The notes beneath the pieces were generated by a model. The model was not told the origin of the DNA. It did not search any database and was given only the letters and a program-made list of their open reading frames with translations. Shown one piece after another: positions 24,748-34,417 of a stretch of 64,000 nucleotides of DNA. Numbering within the stretch: the first letter of the stretch is position 1; each line of letters opens with the position of its first letter. The DNA is from Candidatus Thorarchaeota archaeon. Its GTDB lineage: Archaea; Asgardarchaeota; Thorarchaeia; Thorarchaeales; Thorarchaeaceae. The position numbers and the translations under genes are program-made. The stretch covers positions 66,255 through 130,254 of the forward strand of contig RDNZ01000003.1 in assembly GCA_011364905.1 (NCBI GenBank), written 5' to 3'.

Positions 24748-25662
24748 CTACCATGCGCCTTCTTGAACCTCAAATGACTTGAGTATGAGATACATTATCA
24801 CTGCGGTGAATATGCAAATCGAGATAAAGCCTAGAAGAAAGGCTGGTGCTGACAACTGATTCCAAAAGACTAACGGACCATAGATATCGCTAAATGCCGT
24901 GACTCCAGTCCAATCTGCCAATAACTGGAGGAAATATGGCATGAGTAAGAAGACTGCAATGGCCCCGAGAATGTAGAGAGCTCGTTTCCTCCAAACGCCT
25001 TGAACGCTTCTTGGTTCTTCCTCTGATGCTGCAATCCCTTTCTCAGTCTTTTCGTCCAATTGCATTTCGTCTCCTCTTTTCTCTCTTGACACTTTCTTCA
25101 TAAGCTTTTCATCATGTCGCCTGTCTTTCCCTTGTCTCCACCATTGCTTGAATCCATGCCAACTCACGTCGCTTGTTCTATCAAGTAGACTGTCCACTAT
25201 GATAAACGTAACTAGTCCAGCTATGAGTCCGCAAAACACAGCAGGAAAAGAACCTTGGAATCGAACTACATTGTGTGCTGCCAGCCCCATTCTTATGGCC
25301 ACTAATCCAGAGACAACACCTATTCTATTATTGACGAGGCTGTTTCGTGTATGCAGATAGTATGAGCCAGCCATCATAATGAAGATGAAGAATGAGAATG
25401 CATCAATGAAGAACCAGATGAACCACCATTCGCTTTGAAGAGCGAAGCGCACTATTGGATTCACCTCGAATTCATTACCAAGTCTGTTAAAGAGGAGCAC
25501 AGTGAAGGTTGCATCGACAATTCCTAATGGAGAAAGGATCAAGACCAAGTTTCGTACCCATGGTTCTCTCCACCACAGGGTGAACATCTGATGTGGAGTC
25601 ATTGTCGAAAGTTTCTCGGTCTTCTCGGTTGTCAGCATCTCATCCGGCACCCGTAGACTCAC
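24748..25662 (-). CDS. Polytopic membrane protein (DUF5658-like N-terminal half)
   Basis: 304 aa. GIVDATFTVLLFNRLGNEFEVNPIV resembles DUF5658 as I recall it. Central charged loop, then more TM segments. Confidence 0.5.
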   Translation of the reverse strand: MSLRVPDEMLTTEKTEKLSTMTPHQMFTLWWREPWVRNLVLILSPLGIVDATFTVLLFNRLGNEFEVNPIVRFALQSEWWFIWFFIDAFSFFIFIMMAGSYYLHTRNSLVNNRIGVVSGLVAIRMGLAAHNVVRFQGSFPAVFCGLIAGLVTFIIVDSLLDRTSDVSWHGFKQWWRQGKDRRHDEKLMKKVSREKRGDEMQLDEKTEKGIAASEEEPRSVQGVWRKRALYILGAIAVFLLMPYFLQLLADWTGVTAFSDIYGPLVFWNQLSAPAFLLGFISICIFTAVIMYLILKSFEVQEGAW

Positions 25663-25800
25663 CCCGAAACTTGTGCTATAAGGATTTCCAACTCGGCCAT
25701 CATGATATCGTTAAACAATGGTTCAAAAATAAGAAGAGAGACCGAGGTTGCAACCCCGGTCTACAATTTGTTCTATTGTCGAATAGTTACTACTTCTCTA

Positions 25801-27681
25801 CTAATAGTTTGCAACCTTGTAGTAGAGGTAGTAGTACTCGTTATGCATGGCATTGAACTGATATCCGTTCATCCAAGCCCCTTCAAGGTGGAACTCGTTA
25901 GACTGATACCCAAAGATGAAAGCATTGTGTGCAACAACGGCTTCCTGGATATTTGTGTAGAGAGTTTCTCTCGTTGTTGGGTCGCTTGTCTGAGCCGCTT
26001 GAGTAATCCAACCATCGACCTGTGCTGTGTTCCATAGAACGCCGTTCTCGCCCTGTGAGCCATCTAGACCCATCCTGTATGGGTAGGTTCCAGTGCTCTT
26101 GACGAAGGGTCCGACGTAGTTGTCAGGGTCAGCATAGTCTGGTGCCCAGCCGAGGAAGAATATAGGCAGTTGTCTGTTCCTGAGTTGGTACAGATAGCTT
26201 GCCCATTCCACAGCTTGTGCATTGATGGTGAGAGGCTGTGACGGGTCAGTTGATGCTGGATCGGCAATAATGTTGTCAATGGCCTGTTTCACCAAGAGAC
26301 TTGCCGCCTCGCGAGCGTCATTACCCTCATTGTAATAGATTGTAAGGGTGTATGAGAGGTTCGCAAGAATGGCATCTAGACCATGGTCCATTGCATCGTT
26401 CCAGGCGGTGACTGCTGAAGCCAAGTCAGTATGGTACATATACAGGTCGTTGTCGTGTCCAAACATGCCGAATGGGATCACACCTTGCAGCTGTGAAGCA
26501 ATTCCGTTCATGATATTAGTGATCAGAGCGTCGTAGTCGAATGCGTACGAGATTGCTGATCGTACACTCCAGAGCTCGAACGGATTCTGCACAATCGTAT
26601 TTGACTGGTTAATCAAATGCAGCATGTTGAATCCCAGGAACATGATGTTGTAGGTTTGTAGCCCTGTCCAGAGTTTGACCTCAGGATTGAGGCTCTGTGT
26701 TCGGCCAGCATCACGGTTTGTGACGTTGTTCCAGAAGTCGTATGCATTGGGTATGCTCGCATCCATCTGGTCGATTGTTCCAGCCTCAAGGTTCAGTCTT
26801 CTGCTGTTGTAGTCTGCGTCCTTCTTCCATGTGACTGATTCAATGGTGCCAGCGTAGGGATGTGTAGCTTTGAGACTATCCTTTCCCCAGTAGTCCTCGT
26901 TTCTAGTAACTACGACCCTGTCATCTTGAATCCATTCACTGAATACGTAAGGACCAGTTCCACACATGTGGTCATCCATATAGAAGTCTGTGCTGTTTGG
27001 CGACATGCCACCATGAGCCATGAAGAAGGTTGGACTGATCATCGAGCCAACACAGTATGTTATGGCAGAAATGAATGGTGCGTACGGATACGCAAGGTGG
27101 ATCTCCACCTCATAATCACCTGTTACAACTACTGCGCTGACATTCTCGACCCAGTTTTCCCAGGCAGCAGTGTGCTGAGGAGTTAGGTCTCCGTACTCGA
27201 ATACGGCATCTTCAACAGCTTGGCCACCAAGAATTGGTTCTGCGACCATCCAGACTGGGCCAAAGCCGTCATCCCAACCGCGCCCCAGCATACGCCAGAA
27301 GTTCATCTGAACTGCGGTCGCGTTGAAGTCTGTTCCATCATGGAACTTGACGCCTTGACGGAGTGTGAATGTGTAGGTCAAACCATCTGCTGAAATATCC
27401 ACTCCTGTAGCAAGCATTGGTTGCGTTGGATTTGTGCTTGTTGAATCAAACTCATACCAAAACAAGGTTTCATAGACATTGATTGATATGTCTGAACCAG
27501 CTGATTCGTAGTCTTTGTGTGGGTCCAGATACTGCGGAAGACCAATCACTTCATTAACGATGTTCTGGTCTTCAGCAAGTTGGACTGCAGGAGGTGCTAG
27601 AAGTATATAAGCTCCAGCTGCACCTATCACGACAATGACGACGACAACAGCTATTAATTGATTTCTCTCCATGTCATCCAT
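25801..27681 (-). CDS. ABC transporter substrate-binding protein, family 5 (peptide/nickel type), N-terminally membrane-anchored
   Basis: 626 aa. TM anchor LIAVVVVIVVIGAAGAYILL, then YLDPH..., LTYTFTLRQGVKFHDGTDFNA, typical of DppA/OppA-family proteins. Confidence 0.85.
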   Translation of the reverse strand: MDDMERNQLIAVVVVIVVIGAAGAYILLAPPAVQLAEDQNIVNEVIGLPQYLDPHKDYESAGSDISINVYETLFWYEFDSTSTNPTQPMLATGVDISADGLTYTFTLRQGVKFHDGTDFNATAVQMNFWRMLGRGWDDGFGPVWMVAEPILGGQAVEDAVFEYGDLTPQHTAAWENWVENVSAVVVTGDYEVEIHLAYPYAPFISAITYCVGSMISPTFFMAHGGMSPNSTDFYMDDHMCGTGPYVFSEWIQDDRVVVTRNEDYWGKDSLKATHPYAGTIESVTWKKDADYNSRRLNLEAGTIDQMDASIPNAYDFWNNVTNRDAGRTQSLNPEVKLWTGLQTYNIMFLGFNMLHLINQSNTIVQNPFELWSVRSAISYAFDYDALITNIMNGIASQLQGVIPFGMFGHDNDLYMYHTDLASAVTAWNDAMDHGLDAILANLSYTLTIYYNEGNDAREAASLLVKQAIDNIIADPASTDPSQPLTINAQAVEWASYLYQLRNRQLPIFFLGWAPDYADPDNYVGPFVKSTGTYPYRMGLDGSQGENGVLWNTAQVDGWITQAAQTSDPTTRETLYTNIQEAVVAHNAFIFGYQSNEFHLEGAWMNGYQFNAMHNEYYYLYYKVANY

Positions 27682-27953
27682 CTCGTGTTTTTTAAGTTGC
27701 GCTATGAACGATTCCTTGAAAGAACCGTAACAACAAATTAGACTGATAACACAATCAGTGATTTATGTATCAACCTAACTTCGCTATTAGTCCTCTCCCA
27801 TGAAATAGAGTCTAATATAGGTTCCGAATCTGCTTCCTTTGAAAATTCACGTTGATTCAACCAAAACCTTAAAGTATTGCTCACAGTCCGCAAGACTAGT
27901 TTGCAATACTTGATATCAGGCAAATGAAATTAATCCTCAATGAGGGTCTACAC

Positions 27954-28988
27954 ATGAGACTAAGGGACTTTATAATCCGAAGGATTATCTTGGCGATTCC
28001 AGTGGTGTTTGGTGTTCTCACAATAACTTGGTTCCTCTCATATATAGTCGGTGATCCACTAGCAATGTATATAACCGAGAGAACACCTGACGCAGCAATC
28101 CCTGGTATCATTCATGCACGTGGTCTGGATCAGCCTCTAGTTGTTCAGTATTTTCTGTATCTGAATTCCCTATTCCATGGCGACTGGGGTGTAAGCACAA
28201 CTACGGGAGCAGACCAACCTGTACTCACAGTGCTTGCTGCTAAGTTTCCTGCAACCATCGAGCTTTCTATATTCGCAATGATCTTTGCCATCGCTCTTGG
28301 CATCCCACTTGGTATCATCTCCGCAACGAAAAAGGACAAAGCTGCTGACCACATCACACGCATTTTTGCGCTGTCAGGAGTTTCTATGCCAATTTTTTGG
28401 TTTGGGTTGATGCTTAAGTATCTTCTATTCTTCCAGTTCTCGCAATGGGGTTTGCCTCATCTGCCTGGCGGCGATCGTTACAATTACCGTGCATACACCT
28501 GGCATCCCACTACGGGTTTTCTACTCGTAGATTCGCTTGTCTTTGATCATAATCCTGGTCTATTTATTGATGCCATTTTTCATCTAATCATGCCTGGTTT
28601 TTGCCTCGGATATATCACTCTAGCAATAATTACGAGGATGATGCGCTCAAGTATGTTAGAGGTGATAAAGGAGGATTATATCACCCTGGCCAAATCTAAA
28701 GGCCTTACAGAGCGGGTTGTAATCTACAAACATGCCCTAAGAAATGCGCTCATTCCAACAGTAACCGTCATTGGTCTGGCATTTGGTGGTCTGATTACTG
28801 GAGCTGTTCTAACAGAAACCATCTTCAACTGGCCTGGATTGGGACGTTGGGCGACTAACTCAATACTCAACTCAGACATCGCTGCAATCAATGGGTTCAC
28901 ACTCCTTGTTGCATTTATCTTCGTCACTGCCAACTTCATAGTCGACATGGTATACGGTGTACTTGACCCGAGAATACGATTCGGGTAG
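27954..28988 (+). CDS. ABC transporter permease, DppB/OppB type
   Basis: N-terminus FIIRRIILAIPVVFGV, EAA-type loop IKEDYITLAKSKGL, C-terminal DPRIRF. Alternative start ATG 27924. Confidence 0.9.
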   Translation: MRLRDFIIRRIILAIPVVFGVLTITWFLSYIVGDPLAMYITERTPDAAIPGIIHARGLDQPLVVQYFLYLNSLFHGDWGVSTTTGADQPVLTVLAAKFPATIELSIFAMIFAIALGIPLGIISATKKDKAADHITRIFALSGVSMPIFWFGLMLKYLLFFQFSQWGLPHLPGGDRYNYRAYTWHPTTGFLLVDSLVFDHNPGLFIDAIFHLIMPGFCLGYITLAIITRMMRSSMLEVIKEDYITLAKSKGLTERVVIYKHALRNALIPTVTVIGLAFGGLITGAVLTETIFNWPGLGRWATNSILNSDIAAINGFTLLVAFIFVTANFIVDMVYGVLDPRIRFG

Positions 28989-29005
28989 CAGGAGGATAAC
29001 ATAAG

Positions 29006-30727
29006 ATGGACTCAGACTCACAAATACCAGTTTTTCAAGATGAAGGAAGCTCCTCGCTTTCAAGCATGTTTGGAACGATTCAGATTGTTTTTGTAATGAT
29101 CAGCCTACTGGTCGGCGGAATAATCTTACTTGGGAACCTTGCTTATTTCATCGAAGAACTTCTCGGAATGACTCTCGTTCCTCCTGCATTCCTTGGTAAT
29201 TGGGCTATACAAGGACTTCTCATCCTTGTTCTTGCGCTCTTTCTTCTTAGAACAAATGCAGGCGTTATGGAACGAGTTCCAGATGCATTCAGTTCTTCAT
29301 TCTACCTAAATCTCTTTATGATTGTGGTCTACTTGACAATGGGAACATTGGGGCTTGCTATGGCCTCCATTGTAGTGATTCAACTCATTTTGATGCTCCT
29401 ACCTGGAGTCAGGTATTATTGGTGGGTGGAGTTTGTCGAAGACACAAAACCCCGCGTGAAAGAAACCCGGTTCACTCTGCACCTTGTTCGAAAAAGCCCG
29501 CTGGTTGTTGTAGGCATTGCAATAATTGTATTCATGGTTAGTGTGGCACTTGCTGCACCAATGTTAGCCACCTACAAAGGAGAGGATATGGTCTTCAAAG
29601 ATGTCAGACTCCCACCTGGTTCGCCAAGCAATGACATCAAGCTGAATTATCTCTACTATCTAAATCAGCGGACCTATGACCCCACAATCATGCCTCAATA
29701 CAAATATGAAGAGTTAACAATCACGAGCAAGTATTTGGAGACTGTAGAAATCCCACGAATATTCATTGGAGTTTCTGATCTTGATACGAAAACGGATGCT
29801 GTATCAGTAAACGTGACTTTTCGGGTCTATAATCTGACTCAGGCTCAATACGAGCCCATGACACCTGCGGAGCGACTTTCCTATCTTTATGCAAATGTGT
29901 CTGTTGTTGATCAGAATCTGCTGCAGTACATCACACTCCCAGATAAGGAAGGAGTCTATGTTTGGGAGCTTCAGTTCATAGCGGCTTACAAGACCACCAC
30001 ATGGTCTGCTAATACCAGGGTTGTCCTAGCTTACTATAGTAACTATCCTATTCATATTTGGGGAACAGACAACTATGGAGGCGACATCTATAGCCGCATC
30101 ATTTGGGCTTCACAACAAGACCTTCGGATTGCATTAAGTGTCGTGCTGGTTGCACTCTCATCAGGGGCTGTGATTGGCGCTGTTTCCGGCTATTATGGTG
30201 GTAAGCTAGATGAACTTGTTATGAGGGTAACTGACATCTTCTTTGCCTTCCCTGGTCTTGTTCTGGCAATGGCAATAGTCATGGCACTTGGAGTGAGAAG
30301 TCTTACCACAATTAGTATCGCTCTAATGATCACGTGGTGGCCGACATATGCTCGTCTTGTAAGAGGCCAAGTACTCTCAGAACGCGAGAAGCTCTATATC
30401 GAAGCTGCTCGATCGTCTGGCGCCAGTGACTCCAGAATTCTTTTCAGCCACATACTTCCAAACACAATTCAACCAGTGATCGTTCAGGCCACAATGGACT
30501 TCGGTTCTGTAATCCTAGTGGCAGCCGGTCTATCATTCATAGGTTTTGGCCCCCCAGTGGGAACTTCTGAGTGGGGAATGATGATTGCAAGAGGTCAAAA
30601 CTATATTCTCAGCTCACCTTGGATGACCCTTTATCCTGGACTTGCAATACTTGTGACTGCTCTTGCATTCAACCTTGTAGGTGACGGAATTCGTGACATC
30701 TTAGACCCGAAGCTTCGGCGGAGATGA
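29006..30727 (+). CDS. ABC transporter permease, DppC/OppC type, with N-terminal TM extension and large loop insert
   Basis: The C-terminal third carries GTDNYGGDIYSRIIW, YIEAARSSGAS and DPKLRR. It is preceded by about 4 extra TM segments and an insert of about 170 aa between the OppC-type first TM and the GTD motif. Confidence 0.85.
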   Translation: MDSDSQIPVFQDEGSSSLSSMFGTIQIVFVMISLLVGGIILLGNLAYFIEELLGMTLVPPAFLGNWAIQGLLILVLALFLLRTNAGVMERVPDAFSSSFYLNLFMIVVYLTMGTLGLAMASIVVIQLILMLLPGVRYYWWVEFVEDTKPRVKETRFTLHLVRKSPLVVVGIAIIVFMVSVALAAPMLATYKGEDMVFKDVRLPPGSPSNDIKLNYLYYLNQRTYDPTIMPQYKYEELTITSKYLETVEIPRIFIGVSDLDTKTDAVSVNVTFRVYNLTQAQYEPMTPAERLSYLYANVSVVDQNLLQYITLPDKEGVYVWELQFIAAYKTTTWSANTRVVLAYYSNYPIHIWGTDNYGGDIYSRIIWASQQDLRIALSVVLVALSSGAVIGAVSGYYGGKLDELVMRVTDIFFAFPGLVLAMAIVMALGVRSLTTISIALMITWWPTYARLVRGQVLSEREKLYIEAARSSGASDSRILFSHILPNTIQPVIVQATMDFGSVILVAAGLSFIGFGPPVGTSEWGMMIARGQNYILSSPWMTLYPGLAILVTALAFNLVGDGIRDILDPKLRRR

Positions 30728-30731
30728 TACA

Positions 30732-31910
30732 TTGACTACGGCTGATGAAATAGTACTACATGTCAAAGACCTATACGTTAGCTTCTATACATATGAAGGA
30801 GTCGTAAAAGCGCTCGATGGAGTCATAATGTTTCTCCGAAGAGGCGACACAATGGGCTTGGTGGGTGAAACTGGGTGCGGAAAAAGCGTTACAGCAAAAG
30901 CAATTCTCGGCCTTGTTGAAGCTCCTGGAAGGATTGAAGGTGGAAAAGTCATTTTCTTTGACAAGGATGCAGAAACTCAAGAGATAACAGAGCTCGATCT
31001 TGCTCAGCTGACTTCTGAAGAAATGCTAGAGATTCGAGGAAACAAGATATCTATTGTTTTTCAAGATCCAGCCACTTATCCCAATCCCGTTTTTAGGATT
31101 GGTGATCAGATTGCCGAGGTGATTGAGCTACACCAAGATCTCTCGCTAGATGTTCTGTATATGAAAATCGCAAAACTCGAGCTTGCGCTATCAGAAACGA
31201 ATTCAGATGTCAACCGCGCTGAAATTGAGAGTAAGATTGCCTATTATAGACAGCAAATGGAGGATCCTCCTGAGCCAGACAAGAAGTCAATAAAAGAAGC
31301 CGCGAAGCTAAAAGCTATAGAAATGCTCAGGATGGTAAGAATGCCTGCGCCTGAACAGGTTGCCAATCAGTACCCTCATGAACTTTCAGGGGGTATGAGA
31401 CAAAGAGCATTGATTGCTATGTCATTGGCCTGTAATCCGAGTATTTTGATATGCGATGAAGCAACAACTGCTTTGGACGTTACAGTCCAGGCTCAGGTGC
31501 TGAAGCTCTTGAACCAATTGAAGACAGAGATTGGGACATCAATAATTGTCATTACACATGACATGGGTGTTGTCGCTGAAACATGCGAGTGGGTCAATGT
31601 CATGTATGCAGGTACAAGTGTTGAGTCTTGTGCGACAGAGAGGCTGTTCACAAAGCCGCTCCATCCATATACTGCTGGTCTCTTGAAGGCTGTGCCAAAG
31701 CTGCATGAAGATAGAGAACGATTACCTCAGATTCGAGGGAGCGTTCCAAATCTGATATCACCGCCGACTGGATGTCGTTTTCATCCTCGATGTGATTATG
31801 CTACTGAGATTTGCATTGAGACCAAGCCCATTCTGGAAGAGCTCGAGCCAAGACATTGGGCAGCTTGTCATCATCCTCTTTGGACATCAGGAGGAAAGAA
31901 GAATGAGTGA
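30732..31910 (+). CDS. ABC transporter ATPase, DppD/OppD type
   Basis: GETGCGKSV, LSGGMRQR, ICDEATTALD, ITHD, CRFHPRC. TTG start. Helical insert of about 60 aa (DLSLDVLYMKIAKLE...). Confidence 0.9.
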   Translation: MTTADEIVLHVKDLYVSFYTYEGVVKALDGVIMFLRRGDTMGLVGETGCGKSVTAKAILGLVEAPGRIEGGKVIFFDKDAETQEITELDLAQLTSEEMLEIRGNKISIVFQDPATYPNPVFRIGDQIAEVIELHQDLSLDVLYMKIAKLELALSETNSDVNRAEIESKIAYYRQQMEDPPEPDKKSIKEAAKLKAIEMLRMVRMPAPEQVANQYPHELSGGMRQRALIAMSLACNPSILICDEATTALDVTVQAQVLKLLNQLKTEIGTSIIVITHDMGVVAETCEWVNVMYAGTSVESCATERLFTKPLHPYTAGLLKAVPKLHEDRERLPQIRGSVPNLISPPTGCRFHPRCDYATEICIETKPILEELEPRHWAACHHPLWTSGGKKNE

Positions 31911-32931
31911 AACATTGATTCGGACTGAAAACCTCAAGAAGCACTTTCCCTTGACTGGTGGTGTTTTTAGAAAAGTCATAGGTAAGGTTCATGCTGTTGA
32001 TGGTGTGAATCTAGAAATAAAGAAAGGTGAGACCTTAGGTGTTGTGGGCGAGAGCGGGTGCGGAAAGACAACTCTGGGTCGAACCATCCTTCGACTATTA
32101 GATCCGACAAGTGGGAAGATTTTCTTTGAAGACGAGGATATTACCGAAATTAAGGGTCGAGCTCTTAGAAAAGTCCGAATGAACATGCAGATTGTGTTTC
32201 AAGACCCGATGGCCTCGCTTGATCCCCGAGTGACAATCAAGAACTCAGTTGGAGAACCACTGGTTGTCAATGGTGTGGCAAGGGGCCGAAAAATGAGGGA
32301 TATGGTCCTTGAACTGCTTGAAAAAGTTGGCCTCACTGAAGACCATCTCAACAGATTCCCTCATGAATTCTCAGGAGGGCAAAGGCAAAGAATCTGCATA
32401 GCTAGAGCGCTTGCGCTTAATCCGAAATTCGTTGTCATGGATGAACCTACATCAAGTACTGATGTATCGGTACAGGCACAGACCTTGAACCTTATGAAGG
32501 ACCTTCAGGATGAGTTTGATTTGACCTATATGTTCATTTCTCACAACTTGTCTGTAGTAAAACACATGAGTGACCGCCTTACTGTGATGTATCTCGGAAA
32601 GATTGCGGAAACAACTCCATATGATATCTTCAGAAAACCTCTGCATCCATACTCCTTTGCATTGGTTTCTGCTGTTCCTATTCCTGATCCGCAGTTTGCT
32701 GGCAGAGCACACATTCTTTCAGGTGAGGTTCCTAGTCCTATCAGCCCACCTCCCGGATGTAGATTCTATCCGCGCTGCATGTTTGCACAGGATGTTTGCA
32801 AGGTTGAAGATCCACCCCTACGTGATCTCGGTGGTGGACATCTGGTAGCCTGCCACTTTGCTGGAGAGCTTGACTTCGGAAAGAGTGCACAGATGGAATA
32901 TGCTGACTCCGTTGAAGAAGCGGTTTCATAA
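31903..32931 (+). CDS. ABC transporter ATPase, DppF/OppF type
   Basis: GESGCGKTT, FSGGQRQR, VMDEPTSSTD, ISHN, CRFYPRC. ATG 31903 overlaps the upstream stop by 8 nt. Confidence 0.9.
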   Translation: MSETLIRTENLKKHFPLTGGVFRKVIGKVHAVDGVNLEIKKGETLGVVGESGCGKTTLGRTILRLLDPTSGKIFFEDEDITEIKGRALRKVRMNMQIVFQDPMASLDPRVTIKNSVGEPLVVNGVARGRKMRDMVLELLEKVGLTEDHLNRFPHEFSGGQRQRICIARALALNPKFVVMDEPTSSTDVSVQAQTLNLMKDLQDEFDLTYMFISHNLSVVKHMSDRLTVMYLGKIAETTPYDIFRKPLHPYSFALVSAVPIPDPQFAGRAHILSGEVPSPISPPPGCRFYPRCMFAQDVCKVEDPPLRDLGGGHLVACHFAGELDFGKSAQMEYADSVEEAVS

Positions 32932-32988
32932 TTGTGTGCGTAGCGATTGATTAAAGAACGTAAGTGCACCAGTCAGGTCGAAGTATAA

Positions 32989-33225
32989 ATGAACACAGAT
33001 TTCGATAATATTGATGAAGATCAGTATGAGGAAGATGAGAAAGAAGAGAAAAAAGTCGATTGGCTGCAATATGCGCAGGAAGAGGAACAAGCTCTTAGAC
33101 CTCTTGATGCCAAGGACTATGTTGCACTGTTCGTAGCTGCCATTCAGACAGTCTTTGTTCCGTTGATAATACTGATGGTCGTCATGATCGTTATCAACTT
33201 CTTCCTTCAGATTGCGGCGGGATGA
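32989..33225 (+). CDS. Small protein with acidic N-terminus and C-terminal TM
   Basis: 78 aa: DFDNIDEDQYEEDEKEEKK followed by a hydrophobic segment. Its stop overlaps the next start (ATGA). Confidence 0.4.
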   Translation: MNTDFDNIDEDQYEEDEKEEKKVDWLQYAQEEEQALRPLDAKDYVALFVAAIQTVFVPLIILMVVMIVINFFLQIAAG

Positions 33226-33578
33226 GAATGGCCAATCTGTCAAAATTCCTGCTAGAAACCTGGATCATTGCCACTCTACTTTCTTTGTTTAATGTCATTA
33301 TTGCTCTAGTAGTTCATATCGAAACGGGGACGCCATTTGACTTTTTCACAGCCGCCAACATATCAATTCCTGAATTTGGCCTTCTCTTGATTTTTGGGGC
33401 ATGTCTTATGAGTCGGCAGCCTCTAGATGATGCAGCTAGATATGATACAGAGGGGAAACCTACGAAGTCATGGGCACGAGCTCAGCTAGGTCAAAGGGTG
33501 CTACTCAGCGCCATCTTTCTACTCGCATTCGCAGGGCTGTTCTATATTCTTGGTATAGTGTTCCCGCCTGTCACCTGA
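33222..33578 (+). CDS. Small 3-TM membrane protein
   Basis: 118-aa ORF translationally coupled to the preceding small ORF. Confidence 0.45.
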   Translation: MRMANLSKFLLETWIIATLLSLFNVIIALVVHIETGTPFDFFTAANISIPEFGLLLIFGACLMSRQPLDDAARYDTEGKPTKSWARAQLGQRVLLSAIFLLAFAGLFYILGIVFPPVT

Positions 33579-33582
33579 ATCG

Positions 33583-34359
33583 CTAATATTGGATCCTTGA
33601 CTCTCCCTCTTCTGATGAAAGGAGTCGCCGACCCACTCTGAAACATGTAAAACTACTGACTCCGATAATTCCTGCAATATAGACTATTGCGGCTCCTATG
33701 TTGAACTGCATGAGGAAAGAAGCAGGATTCAAGATGATGGTCACTGTAAATAGTGCAATGCCTTGTGCGAGGAAACTCGGTAAGAATTGTCCCCATGGAG
33801 AGATCAAGATGAATATGGATGCTATTGCCACATTGATGAGCGCAGAACGTGTGATGGTATCGTTTGCGAGTTTGACGTAAACATAATCTTGAGAGTTAAG
33901 GTTGTCAATCTCAACTCCCATAACCGCATCGAGGAGATTCTCAGAGTATCGCGGCCCTCCTGGACCCATTGCGATGAGAACTCCCACCATGAAGATCACT
34001 ATGACTGTACCGATGGCACGCATCGATTGCACGAGGAGCAGAGTCAACAACATAGATGACGTTCCTACGATGAAGCCAATCCACATAAAGGCAAACAATG
34101 TACTGTCAGCCAAGTGATTCTGTAACATAGCACCCAGCCTTGAGTGGGATTTCATTGTAATGTTCTTCATGACCCAATTATGAGAGAAACAACTTGCATA
34201 TTGCGTGTTTCCACTTAGATCAAGATTGTCTACTTCATACTCAGTTTCTAAATGATGCTGCAACTCATGTTGTCGTCTTACTTTCCGAAGTCGATAGACT
34301 GTGACGAGAAGAATGAACAAGCCTGTGATGAAAAGACCAATATTGTACTCCATGTTCAT
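33583..34359 (-). CDS. Polytopic membrane protein, unknown function
   Basis: 258 aa with about 6 hydrophobic segments; sits 58 nt downstream of the 307-aa unknown ORF on the same strand. Confidence 0.5.
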   Translation of the reverse strand: MNMEYNIGLFITGLFILLVTVYRLRKVRRQHELQHHLETEYEVDNLDLSGNTQYASCFSHNWVMKNITMKSHSRLGAMLQNHLADSTLFAFMWIGFIVGTSSMLLTLLLVQSMRAIGTVIVIFMVGVLIAMGPGGPRYSENLLDAVMGVEIDNLNSQDYVYVKLANDTITRSALINVAIASIFILISPWGQFLPSFLAQGIALFTVTIILNPASFLMQFNIGAAIVYIAGIIGVSSFTCFRVGRRLLSSEEGESRIQY

Positions 34360-34417
34360 TCCTCTAGCTCATAGTATTGACGCAGACGCGACGGCTAAAG
34401 CGATTTTAAACCCTGTC

